DNA from: Bacteroidaceae bacterium
Lineage (GTDB): Bacteria; Bacteroidota; Bacteroidia; Bacteroidales; Bacteroidaceae
Direction: 5' to 3'
DNA: 64,000 bases
Assembly: GCA_024398435.1 (NCBI GenBank)
Contig: JAKSJD010000006.1
Coordinates: forward strand, 28,276 to 92,275
Shown: piece after piece, positions 1 through 7,990 of the stretch
Position numbering within the stretch: position 1 is the stretch's first letter
Layout of the letters: each line of letters begins with the position of its first letter
Position numbers and translations under genes: made by a program
Notes under the pieces: generated by a model
Databases searched by the model: none
Told to the model about the DNA's origin: nothing
Seen by the model: only the letters and a program-made list of their open reading frames with translations

Positions 1-1
1 C

Positions 2-343
2 GAACCTGAGTGTACGTCATTCCTTGCTTCACTTCCTGCAAGCTATACTTCCCTGAAATGTATCGACGGTAAAATCGGTGAATATATTGTTATTCTTCGT
101 ACCGACCAAGATGGTAACTACTATCTTGGAGGAGAAGCCAATTGGGATGGTCACGACGTAACTGTCGACTTCAGTTTCCTACCTTCAGGAACTTATGAAG
201 CAGAACTGTTCTATGATGGTATAAATGCCGACCATGTTGCAACCGACTATGCTGTACGAAAACAAACCGTAACAGCAGCAACACGTCTCCCAATCCACAT
301 GGCTTCAGGCGGAGGCTTCATAATGAAGATACTGAAGAAGTAG
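2..343 (+). CDS. 3' end (113 codons) of a GH97-type glycoside hydrolase (SusB-like alpha-glucosidase/alpha-galactosidase); the 5' part lies outside the window
   Basis: Frame is open from base 2 to TAG at 341-343. Translation ...GKIGEYIVILRTDQDGNYYLGGEANWDGHDVTVDFSFLPSGTYEAELFYDGINADHVATDYAVRKQTV...MASGGGFIMKILKK matches my memory of the GH97 C-terminal domain. Absent from the ORF track because it has no start in the window. Confidence 0.6.
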   Translation, partial: EPECTSFLASLPASYTSLKCIDGKIGEYIVILRTDQDGNYYLGGEANWDGHDVTVDFSFLPSGTYEAELFYDGINADHVATDYAVRKQTVTAATRLPIHMASGGGFIMKILKK

Positions 344-372
344 AATCACGAATCACAAAAATCACATTTTTG
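344..372. repeat. Left arm of a 28/29-nt inverted repeat (AATCACGAATCACAAAAATCACATTTTTG), built of AAATCAC-like heptamers; partner at 3312-3340
   Basis: 351-372 is the exact reverse complement of 3312-3333 (22/22). The match extends to 344-372 versus 3312-3340 with one mismatch. The arm starts directly after the GH97 stop codon. Confidence 0.85.
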
Positions 373-412
373 TTTTTGTTCAAAAAAATTTCTTTTATTT
401 ATTAATTAATTA

Positions 413-562
413 TTGAAACTTTTTGAACTTAATATATATTTAAGATAAAAGACCTTTCATCAGGTCTGATAAAAAAAAATTTTCACTTCATTTTCATTTT
501 ACTCTTGAAAGTTTTTGAAAGAAATATATATTAAACAAAAAGACCTCTAAGTAGGTCGATAA
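413..562. repeat. Two copies of a ~58-60 nt unit spaced 92 bp apart (413-472 and 505-562), each ending in a small GACCT/AGGTC hairpin, inside a very AT-rich leader
   Basis: Copy 1 is TTGAAACTTTTTGAACTTAATATATATTTAAGATAAAAGACCTTTCATCAGGTCTGATAA. Copy 2 is TTGAAAGTTTTTGAAAGAAATATATATTAAACAAAAAGACCTCTAAGTAGGTCGATAA. Aligned by eye. Confidence 0.8.
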
Positions 563-584
563 TTAAATAAAATTATTATAAATT

Positions 585-1004
585 ATGAAAAAATTATTAA
601 ATGAACTCGCAGCGAATAAGTTCTTTGCTGCCAACGAATGTCTCGCAGCAGACATGATGAACTTGGCCACTCAGTACGAAGGTGGCAACACTTACTACTC
701 TCAATCACTTGACATTATCTATGCTGACGGCACTTGTATGCAGTATCGTATGTCGGTGACCAATCCTTACGTCAGCATTATGCGCGACGGCAAGTACGTC
801 ACATCGGAGTCGTACGTCACTCTCCCCGAGGCAGTCGCAGCCACACTCTTGGACGACGCTAAGATTACGTCTATCCACGCCCTTGAGTATAGTTACGTGC
901 CAGAGTTCTCTGAGTATTACGGCGAGTTGCCACTACACACGCAGTATAGTGAGTATCATATGGAGTTCAACGAAAATAATGAAGTTAAAAGCCATGAGGA
1001 CTAA
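585..1004 (+). CDS. Hypothetical 139-aa protein, no recognisable family; translationally coupled to the next gene
   Basis: ORF track entry. Its TAA stop (1002-1004) overlaps the ATG (1004-1006) of the downstream gene as TAATG. It shares the elevated GC content of that gene. Confidence 0.55.
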   Translation: MKKLLNELAANKFFAANECLAADMMNLATQYEGGNTYYSQSLDIIYADGTCMQYRMSVTNPYVSIMRDGKYVTSESYVTLPEAVAATLLDDAKITSIHALEYSYVPEFSEYYGELPLHTQYSEYHMEFNENNEVKSHED

Positions 1005-3232
1005 TGCATTTCGACATTTTCAAGACTATCAGTGGGAAGGGCGAGCGCTGCACGCGCGAACTCTTCTACACACTCATCGACAGCGACGCAGTCAAGAATA
1101 CTGCAGCAGCAATCGCCAAGGGCGACTTAACAAAGAAGCGCAACTTACCTGCCGTTACTTGGCAAGCGTGGTTCGTCGACGGCAAGCGCAAGAACGCTAA
1201 TGCACATCATTCGGCATTGTACATGTTCGACGAAGACCATATTCAAGGAGATGTACGCGAGTTCTACGCTAAGGCACTTGGAGGCAGAACAGAATCCGAA
1301 CTCGGTATCGTCGCTGTTCACGTTACGCCCTCTACCCACGGTCTTCGCATCGTGGCCAAGTGCAGGGAAGGCTTGGCAACTATCGCAGACAATCAGAAGT
1401 GGCTCGCCGAGCAGTTGGGCATATCCACCTACGACGACGTCTGCAAGGACTTCGCAAGATTGAGTTTCCTCGTCCCTCGCTCCTATTTCATATATATAGA
1501 TGAGTCCATCTTCAGCGACGAGCCAGAGGATGCAGTGTACTTAGAGACAAAAAGCCTCCAAGCCCCTTCTAAATCTGCCCGAGGGCAGACTGCGGAAAAT
1601 AGTTCTGCCCCTATAGGGGAAGCGGAGAAGGGGTCCTATCAGGGTATCTCAATTCGGGACATCGCGCGTCGTTGGCTGCAAGCCAACGGTGGCGAACCGA
1701 CAGAAGGCGACCGCAACTCCCAACTCTTCCGACTTGCATGCGAACTTCGTTATATCTGCGAATTCAACGGTGAGACTCTTCTTGCCAATCTCCCCCACTA
1801 TGGACTTGCGAAGAGCGAGATGCTCAACATCGTCAAGTCGGCTCTCCATCAGAAGCGCAACAAGTCGATACCTAAGTCTCTTGCACGCGTCATCAGCGAC
1901 ATGAAGCGAGAATTGAAGGGCAAGGACGAAGAAGCCTATCGACCTGCACAGGCTCTCGACCATCTATTGAATTCGCACGAGTGCATTGACAAGAAGTACC
2001 TTCCTCCTATCTTCCGCGAATATGCCGATATTATGCCTCGCGACTTCAAGACGGCTGCCGTCATGAGCCTTCTTCCAATGTTGGGAACTGTAGGCAGCAA
2101 GATTCGCGCCAAGTACTGGGACAACGCAGTACAGTCACCATCAATCCTTGTCGAAGTCGAAGCACCTCAGGCAAGTGGTAAGAGTCTGATTCGCCGAATG
2201 TGCGACGACGTGATGCAATGCATAGAACGCATGGACAACATTGCCCGAGAGCGAGAAGAAGAGTATCGCGACCAACTCCGCAAGGCGAAGAACGCAGAGA
2301 AGCAGCCAGAGCACGAATCGTTCTTAATTAGATTGGTTCCGCCCACAACAAGCGTCAGTATGCTTCTCCAACGAATCAAGGACGCCAAGGGAGTGCACAT
2401 CTTCTCCTTCACGGACGAGATGCAGATTGTCACAGATGCGATGAAGCGTGGCTCGTTCGGCGACCTCCGCGCCTTAATGCGCAATGCCTTCGACAATGCC
2501 AAATTCGGACAGGACTACAAAGGCGACAGCGCAACTCGCTGCAACGTGCCAATCTTCTATAACACTCTTCACTGCGGCACCCCTAAGGTGTACAGCACAT
2601 ACTACAACAACACAGAAGACGGCACCGTCACTCGCGTCATCTTCTGCAGTCTCCCCGACCAATTCGGCAAGGACATGCCAATAATGAAGGATATGACTGC
2701 CAAGCAGCGTCTCCGTGTGGACGAAGCCATCGCCCGACTCAACAGCGTAACCATGAATGATGATGAGATTCGAGAAGAAGAGACATGGCTCACCGACTTC
2801 GACTTCGTGAACCGTTGGGCGAAGAAGTGGTGCAAAGCGAAACAAAAACTCGCCGTAGAATTTGGCAATAGGGACATTGATACATTCATGCGAAGGTCAG
2901 CAGTGGTAGGTTTCAGAGCAGCAATGCTCGCATGGTTCTTGTGGGATAGCCACAACAAGGATACTCAGGACAAGACCATAGCCTTCGCCGAATGGGTAGC
3001 AGAGTATATGCTCTGGAGATTATGCAGCCGCTATAGCATAGAGCAGACGTCGAATGAAGTCCCTCACTACCGCGTTTGGAAGGAGTTGGACAGCGAATTC
3101 ACCACAGCAGACGTTGAGACAGTCTGCTCGGATTGGAGCATTAAAACTCCTGTACGCAACATCCTTTACCAATGGCGCACCAAGAACAAAATAGAAGAAA
3201 TCGCGAAGAACTCATACCGAAAGAAGCAGTAA
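1004..3232 (+). CDS. Primase-polymerase / PriCT / P-loop helicase-like protein (VirE-N / BT4734-like N-terminus plus DUF3987-like NTPase), 742 aa
   Basis: Acidic MFDEDH motif (aa 74-79, nt 1223-1240) and PSTHGLR (aa 109-115) resemble the AEP primase-polymerase DxD and sGxGxH motifs. GDRNSQLFRLACELRY (aa 235-250) resembles the PriCT motif. Walker A is APQASGKS (nt 2162-2185) and Walker B-like is HIFSFTDEM (nt 2396-2422). Assigned from memory of these families; no search was run. Confidence 0.65.
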   Translation: MHFDIFKTISGKGERCTRELFYTLIDSDAVKNTAAAIAKGDLTKKRNLPAVTWQAWFVDGKRKNANAHHSALYMFDEDHIQGDVREFYAKALGGRTESELGIVAVHVTPSTHGLRIVAKCREGLATIADNQKWLAEQLGISTYDDVCKDFARLSFLVPRSYFIYIDESIFSDEPEDAVYLETKSLQAPSKSARGQTAENSSAPIGEAEKGSYQGISIRDIARRWLQANGGEPTEGDRNSQLFRLACELRYICEFNGETLLANLPHYGLAKSEMLNIVKSALHQKRNKSIPKSLARVISDMKRELKGKDEEAYRPAQALDHLLNSHECIDKKYLPPIFREYADIMPRDFKTAAVMSLLPMLGTVGSKIRAKYWDNAVQSPSILVEVEAPQASGKSLIRRMCDDVMQCIERMDNIAREREEEYRDQLRKAKNAEKQPEHESFLIRLVPPTTSVSMLLQRIKDAKGVHIFSFTDEMQIVTDAMKRGSFGDLRALMRNAFDNAKFGQDYKGDSATRCNVPIFYNTLHCGTPKVYSTYYNNTEDGTVTRVIFCSLPDQFGKDMPIMKDMTAKQRLRVDEAIARLNSVTMNDDEIREEETWLTDFDFVNRWAKKWCKAKQKLAVEFGNRDIDTFMRRSAVVGFRAAMLAWFLWDSHNKDTQDKTIAFAEWVAEYMLWRLCSRYSIEQTSNEVPHYRVWKELDSEFTTADVETVCSDWSIKTPVRNILYQWRTKNKIEEIAKNSYRKKQ

Positions 3233-3239
3233 CAACATT

Positions 3240-3266
3240 GAATGGCGGCCAACTTGGTCGCCATTC
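3240..3266 (+). terminator. Hairpin terminator after the 742-aa gene
   Basis: GAATGGCG-GCCAACTTGGT-CGCCATTC gives an 8-bp perfect stem, followed by TTCTTTTAT. Confidence 0.6.
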
Positions 3267-3311
3267 TTCTTTTATACTCTTATCACTCTTGCACTCTTTA
3301 TCACTTTCATG

Positions 3312-3340
3312 CAAAAATGTGATTTTTGTGATTTGTGATT
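3312..3340. repeat. Right arm of the 28/29-nt inverted repeat (reverse complement reads AATCACAAATCACAAAAATCACATTTTTG)
   Basis: See the left arm at 344-372. The heptamer series continues to 3348 (GTGATTT-type repeats). Confidence 0.85.
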
Positions 3341-3372
3341 TTTGATTTATCCCCTTCTGACACACAAAAAAA

Positions 3373-3405
3373 GATGGCAACCACGAGAATGTGATTGCCA
3401 CCATC
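3373..3405 (-). terminator. Imperfect hairpin plus T-run terminator for ppdK
   Basis: On the minus strand, GATGGTGGCAATCAC-ATTCTC-GTGGTTGCCATC is followed by TTTTTTTT (complement of 3365-3372). The stem has a bulge. Confidence 0.5.
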
Positions 3406-3455
3406 ATATACATTATATTATTATACGCGTGTGCGCGTATATAATAGGCAAACAA

Positions 3456-6179
3456 TTATTCAGCCTCTACTGCTGCCTGCGCGGCTGCAAGACGTGCGAT
3501 AGGAACACGGAATGGAGAACAACTTGCATAGTTGAGACCAATCTTAGCGCAGAACTTAACAGAAGAAGGCTCACCACCATGCTCACCACAGATACCTGTG
3601 CGGAGTTCTGGACGGATTGCACGACCCTTTTCTACTGCCATCTTAATGAGTTGGCCAACACCCTTTTGGTCGAGTACCTGGAATGGGTCAACCTTAAGAA
3701 TCTTCTTCTCAAGATATACAGGGAGGAAGCTTGCGATGTCGTCGCGGCTGTAACCGAATGTCATCTGAGTAAGGTCGTTAGTACCGAATGAGAAGTACTG
3801 AGCTTCTGTAGCAATACGGTCGGCTGTGAGGGCTGCACGTGGAATCTCAATCATTGTACCGATTTCGAATTCAACTTCAATTCCGTATTCAGCAAATACC
3901 TGCTTAGCAACCTTCTGAATGATTTCCTTCTGCTGCTTGAGCTCATAGAGTGTACCGATAAGAGGTACCATGATTTCTGGCATTGGAGTCAATCCTTCCT
4001 GCTTGAGTTCGCATGCTGCACTGAGGATAGCGCGTGTCTGCATTGCTGTAATCTCTGGGAATGTGATACCAAGACGGCAACCACGGTGACCGAGCATTGG
4101 GTTGTTTTCAGCAAGAGAAGCAACTCGCTTCTGAATCTCCTTAATGTCAACGTTCATTTCCTTTGCCATAGTTTCCTGACCAGCCTGATCGTGTGGTACG
4201 AACTCGTGGAGAGGTGGGTCGAGCAAACGGATATTGACTGGACATCCATCCATAGCCTTGAGGATTCCCTTGAAGTCAGCCTTCTGATAAGGAAGCAACT
4301 TTTCGAGAGCCTTTTCACGTCCTTCTACTGTGTCAGAAAGAATCATTTCGCGCATTGCGATAATCTTCTTATCTTCGAAGAACATATGTTCTGTACGAGT
4401 AAGACCAATACCCTTAGCACCAAATTCGCGAGCAAGAGCTGCATCCTTTGGAGTATCAGCATTTGTACGTACCTGAAGCTTTGTATACTTGTCGCAAAGG
4501 TCCATCAACTGCTTGAAGTCGCCACTGAGTTCAGCTGCCTTTGTAGGAACTTCACCAGCATATACCTGACCAGTTGAACCATTAAGAGAGATGTAGTCAC
4601 CTTCCTTATATGTCACACCTTCGATTTCGACTGTACGAGCCTTATAGTCAACATTGATTGCACCAGCACCACTGACACAGCACTTACCCATACCACGGGC
4701 AACAACTGCTGCATGAGAAGTCATACCGCCACGAGCTGTGAGGATACCTTCTGCACTTGCCATACCTGCGAGGTCTTCTGGAGATGTTTCGATACGAACC
4801 ATAACAACCTTATGACCGTCGTTGTGCCACTGTTCTGCGTCGTCAGCAAAGAATACAATCTGACCACATGCTGCACCTGGAGAAGCAGGAAGACCCTGAG
4901 TGATAACCTTTGCACTCTTGAGAGCGAGCTTATCAAATACTGGGTGGAGCAATTCATCAAGCTTCTGAGGTTCACAACGCATGATAGCAGTCTTTTCGTC
5001 GATAAGACCTTCCTTGAGGAGATCCATAGCAATCTTAACCATTGCAGTACCTGTACGCTTACCATTACGAGTCTGGAGGAACCAGAGCTTGCCTTCCTGT
5101 ACAGTGAACTCCATATCCTGCATATCATGATAGTGGTTTTCGAGCTTAGTCTGAAGGTCGTCGAGCTGCTTGTAGATTTCTGGCATAGCCTCTTCCATTG
5201 AAGGATACTTGGCAACGCGCTCTTCTTCTGAAATACCAGCACGTTCTGCCCAACGCTGACTACCAATCTTAGTAATCTGCTGAGGAGTGCGGATACCTGC
5301 TACAACGTCTTCACCCTGTGCATTTACAAGATATTCACCATTGAAGAGGTTTTCACCATTACCAGCATCGCGGCTGAAGCAAACACCTGTTGCACTTGTG
5401 TCGCCCATGTTGCCGAATACCATTGCCATAACTGAAACTGCAGTTCCCCATTCGTCAGGAATTCCTTCCATCTTACGATAGAGAATAGCACGTTCGTTCA
5501 TCCAGCTGCGGAATACAGCACAGATAGCACCCCAAAGCTGTACGATAGGATCTTCAGGGAATTCGCTTCCTGTCTGTTCCTTGATAGCAGCCTTGAAGAG
5601 ACCGACGAGCTTCTGAAGTGATTCAACGCTGAGGTCCTTATCAAGAACAACGCCCTGTTCCTTCTTTACTGCTTCGATAATCTTCTCGAATGGGTCGATA
5701 TCGTCCTTGTTTACTGGCTTCATACCAAGAACAACGTCACCGTACATCTGTACGAAACGGCGATATGAGTCGTAAACGAAGTGAGGATTATTTGTCTTTG
5801 CTACCATGCCTTCTGCAACCTTATCGTTCAAACCGAGGTTGAGGATTGTATCCATCATACCTGGCATTGAAGCACGTGCACCTGAACGAACACTGACGAG
5901 AAGAGGATTTGTAGCATCACCGAATTTGCAATTCATCAAATTCTCAATGTGCTTTACTGCAGCTGTTACATCTTCATTGAGAAGTTCCATAATTTTTTCC
6001 TGACCTACTTCGTAATACTCATTACATGTGTCAGTTGTGATAGTGAAACCTGGAGGAACAGGAACTCCGATGAGGTTCATTTCTGCGAGGTTTGCACCTT
6101 TACCGCCAAGCAATTCTCTCATGTTGGCGTTACCTTCAGCTTGTCCGTTGCCGAAAGTGTAAACTCTTTTCTGATTCAT
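3456..6179 (-). CDS. ppdK: Pyruvate, phosphate dikinase
   Basis: 907 aa, full-length PPDK-like sequence: MNQKRVYTFGNG...GGKGANLAEM, phospho-His region GGMTSHAAVVARGMG, and a C-terminal PEP-utilising TIM barrel ending ...FSFGTNDLTQ...CGEHGG. Confidence 0.97.
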   Translation of the reverse strand: MNQKRVYTFGNGQAEGNANMRELLGGKGANLAEMNLIGVPVPPGFTITTDTCNEYYEVGQEKIMELLNEDVTAAVKHIENLMNCKFGDATNPLLVSVRSGARASMPGMMDTILNLGLNDKVAEGMVAKTNNPHFVYDSYRRFVQMYGDVVLGMKPVNKDDIDPFEKIIEAVKKEQGVVLDKDLSVESLQKLVGLFKAAIKEQTGSEFPEDPIVQLWGAICAVFRSWMNERAILYRKMEGIPDEWGTAVSVMAMVFGNMGDTSATGVCFSRDAGNGENLFNGEYLVNAQGEDVVAGIRTPQQITKIGSQRWAERAGISEEERVAKYPSMEEAMPEIYKQLDDLQTKLENHYHDMQDMEFTVQEGKLWFLQTRNGKRTGTAMVKIAMDLLKEGLIDEKTAIMRCEPQKLDELLHPVFDKLALKSAKVITQGLPASPGAACGQIVFFADDAEQWHNDGHKVVMVRIETSPEDLAGMASAEGILTARGGMTSHAAVVARGMGKCCVSGAGAINVDYKARTVEIEGVTYKEGDYISLNGSTGQVYAGEVPTKAAELSGDFKQLMDLCDKYTKLQVRTNADTPKDAALAREFGAKGIGLTRTEHMFFEDKKIIAMREMILSDTVEGREKALEKLLPYQKADFKGILKAMDGCPVNIRLLDPPLHEFVPHDQAGQETMAKEMNVDIKEIQKRVASLAENNPMLGHRGCRLGITFPEITAMQTRAILSAACELKQEGLTPMPEIMVPLIGTLYELKQQKEIIQKVAKQVFAEYGIEVEFEIGTMIEIPRAALTADRIATEAQYFSFGTNDLTQMTFGYSRDDIASFLPVYLEKKILKVDPFQVLDQKGVGQLIKMAVEKGRAIRPELRTGICGEHGGEPSSVKFCAKIGLNYASCSPFRVPIARLAAAQAAVEAE

Positions 6180-6259
6180 ACTAAATTTACTATTATATGT
6201 GTCTAAACTTTATCCTTTAAACATAGCATAAAAAGCTGTCTTTCTCACGAAACAGCTTG

Positions 6260-6267
6260 CAAAGGTA
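6260..6267 (-). promoter_or_regulatory. Bacteroidota -7 box (TACCTTTG on the minus strand) upstream of ppdK
   Basis: Matches the TAnnTTTG consensus, about 80 nt upstream of the ppdK ATG. Confidence 0.45.
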
Positions 6268-6429
6268 CAGCTTTCTAACTTAATAGACAAATTTTACGCA
6301 AGTTTTTTGCATAAATATCACAAAACAACCACATATTATATAAATATATAGTGGTCGGAGAGCAATAAAAGCATAAAACATAGAGATTTACGCTTCTTGT
6401 ATCAATTCAAAAATAGACAAGATTCCGAA

Positions 6430-7239
6430 TCAAAAAGAACAGGGAAGAGTAAGGAGTTGGTAGTACAATGTTCGGGCTATGCGAACGTGTCCAGCATCAT
6501 TTGGATGGAGTTGATCATTCGAAGGATTTCCAAAGAATTGATGGAATTCTGGCATTAATGGATAAAGCCCCGACAAGGCATTAATATCAACAACAGGAAC
6601 AGACCAAATATTTCCTGCTTCCTTAACGGCATCAACATACGAACTAAACCACTCACCAATCGCATTCTGATAAGCTTCCGACGGTTGAATATTTTGTTCG
6701 CCAAATGTAGCGAAAGCTCGATGAATCGGTGTCAGAATCACTATTTGCTTTGTAGGATATGTCTGTTTGAGGGTTTGAATTGCTATATTGATTCGTCCCT
6801 TATAAGTAGATTGGTCTGTATTTGGTTCACGCTTTACTCGTTTTACCATTGCTTTGGGACCATGAACGGCTGCAAGGACTTCCTCTTCTTTCTCATCAAA
6901 CCATTTACCGAGAGGCACCGCTGCATTGAAATCGTTTGTACCTATGAAGACAATTATTGCATCAACATCATCAGCATGTTCACGTTTAAGTTGTTGTGTT
7001 TGTCGTGGAATATCATTCCACTGCCTGCCACTGACAGCATAGACGAAAGGTGTTTGTCCGAGCCATTCAGCAAGGAGTTCCCAATAATGCTTGCTTGTAG
7101 TCTTTACGTTGGGATCGGTAATGGAGTCACCCAAATATGCAACTTTCTTCCCCTGCCATGGATGTATGAGTGTTGGCTCTTGAGAAAAGGCACAAACTGC
7201 AACCAACAAAGAGATAAATATTAATATCGTTCGCTTCAT
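6430..7239 (-). CDS. Secreted SGNH/GDSL-family hydrolase (esterase/lipase-like)
   Basis: Signal peptide MKRTILIFISLLVAVCAFSQ; block I is YLGDSITD; the C-terminal DQLHPNDAGH is the catalytic D-x-x-H block. Confidence 0.8.
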   Translation of the reverse strand: MKRTILIFISLLVAVCAFSQEPTLIHPWQGKKVAYLGDSITDPNVKTTSKHYWELLAEWLGQTPFVYAVSGRQWNDIPRQTQQLKREHADDVDAIIVFIGTNDFNAAVPLGKWFDEKEEEVLAAVHGPKAMVKRVKREPNTDQSTYKGRINIAIQTLKQTYPTKQIVILTPIHRAFATFGEQNIQPSEAYQNAIGEWFSSYVDAVKEAGNIWSVPVVDINALSGLYPLMPEFHQFFGNPSNDQLHPNDAGHVRIARTLYYQLLTLPCSF

Positions 7240-7274
7240 GATATATTCTGATTTTTAACAATTATATTCTTCAA

Positions 7275-7979
7275 TCATGCCCCACGTTTCATATCCTTGC
7301 AGCCCCAACTGATTATCAATATAACCAATGGAACAAAATAGATTATCCGACCAATCCACACATACATGATATTATTCGTAGGGAGTATATCGGCATAATC
7401 AATACATGCCATAAACTGACTTGCAACAATAAGATACACGAAATATGGAGCGGCAAACGAAATCAATGATGCATGGGCATCAATACAATCTTTCAAATTA
7501 TAGAAGCGACCTGATGCATAGCCATACACATTGCATACGACAATAACTGCCAGACACAATATCATCCAAAAACCACGAGTGAACGACGAATCGCTTATTG
7601 TACCGAATGGGCTCAGGAGCACAGCATTGCTTGGCAGCAACAACAGCAATATCACTATCAACAATATCAATGCCACAGCAAATGCTATTGAAAACGCCCT
7701 CCTTTGCTTCAATGATGATTTCTTGCCAAACCCATGGAACAAACCCGATTCAACAGCTACACTGACAGCAATCATCAGCAGCAATATCAATCCGATAGGC
7801 GATTTTGGAATGTTAGGTATGAAATTCGTAACTGCCCAACGAATACCATCGGCAGACAGGATATTGTTTAGGCCCCAACCATAGACACTGCCAATCCAAG
7901 ACACAAAGACAGTCAGAACAACCATTACAAACATAATGGCTATTCCGTATATCAAGTTTATTTTTGAGAGCCACTTCAT
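7275..7979 (-). CDS. Polytopic membrane protein, 234 aa, resembling a shortened AbgT-family transporter
   Basis: About six hydrophobic segments. NILSADGIRWAVTNFIPNIPKSPIGLILLLMIAVSVAVESGLF resembles the conserved N-terminal AbgT block (NLLSxEGLxW...NF.GFAPLG...G.AE.SGL) as I remember it. It is roughly half the usual family length. Confidence 0.45.
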   Translation of the reverse strand: MKWLSKINLIYGIAIMFVMVVLTVFVSWIGSVYGWGLNNILSADGIRWAVTNFIPNIPKSPIGLILLLMIAVSVAVESGLFHGFGKKSSLKQRRAFSIAFAVALILLIVILLLLLPSNAVLLSPFGTISDSSFTRGFWMILCLAVIVVCNVYGYASGRFYNLKDCIDAHASLISFAAPYFVYLIVASQFMACIDYADILPTNNIMYVWIGRIIYFVPLVILIISWGCKDMKRGA

Positions 7980-7990
7980 ACCTACAGCAA

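Noticed and set aside
883-1463. Out-of-frame ORFs overlapping the cassette genes (883-1200, 1145-1339, 1200-1463 and others up to 2958)
   Set aside because: In GC-rich coding DNA, alternative frames stay open by chance. Their translations are Arg/Ser/Ala-rich without motifs, and they all lie inside the two better-supported ORFs.
344-3340. Classical IS or transposon interpretation of the inverted-repeat-bounded cassette
   Set aside because: No transposase, integrase or recombinase ORF lies between the arms. I could not identify flanking direct target duplications, and the arm sequence belongs to a word family seen elsewhere. I kept it as a finding without calling it a mobile_element feature.
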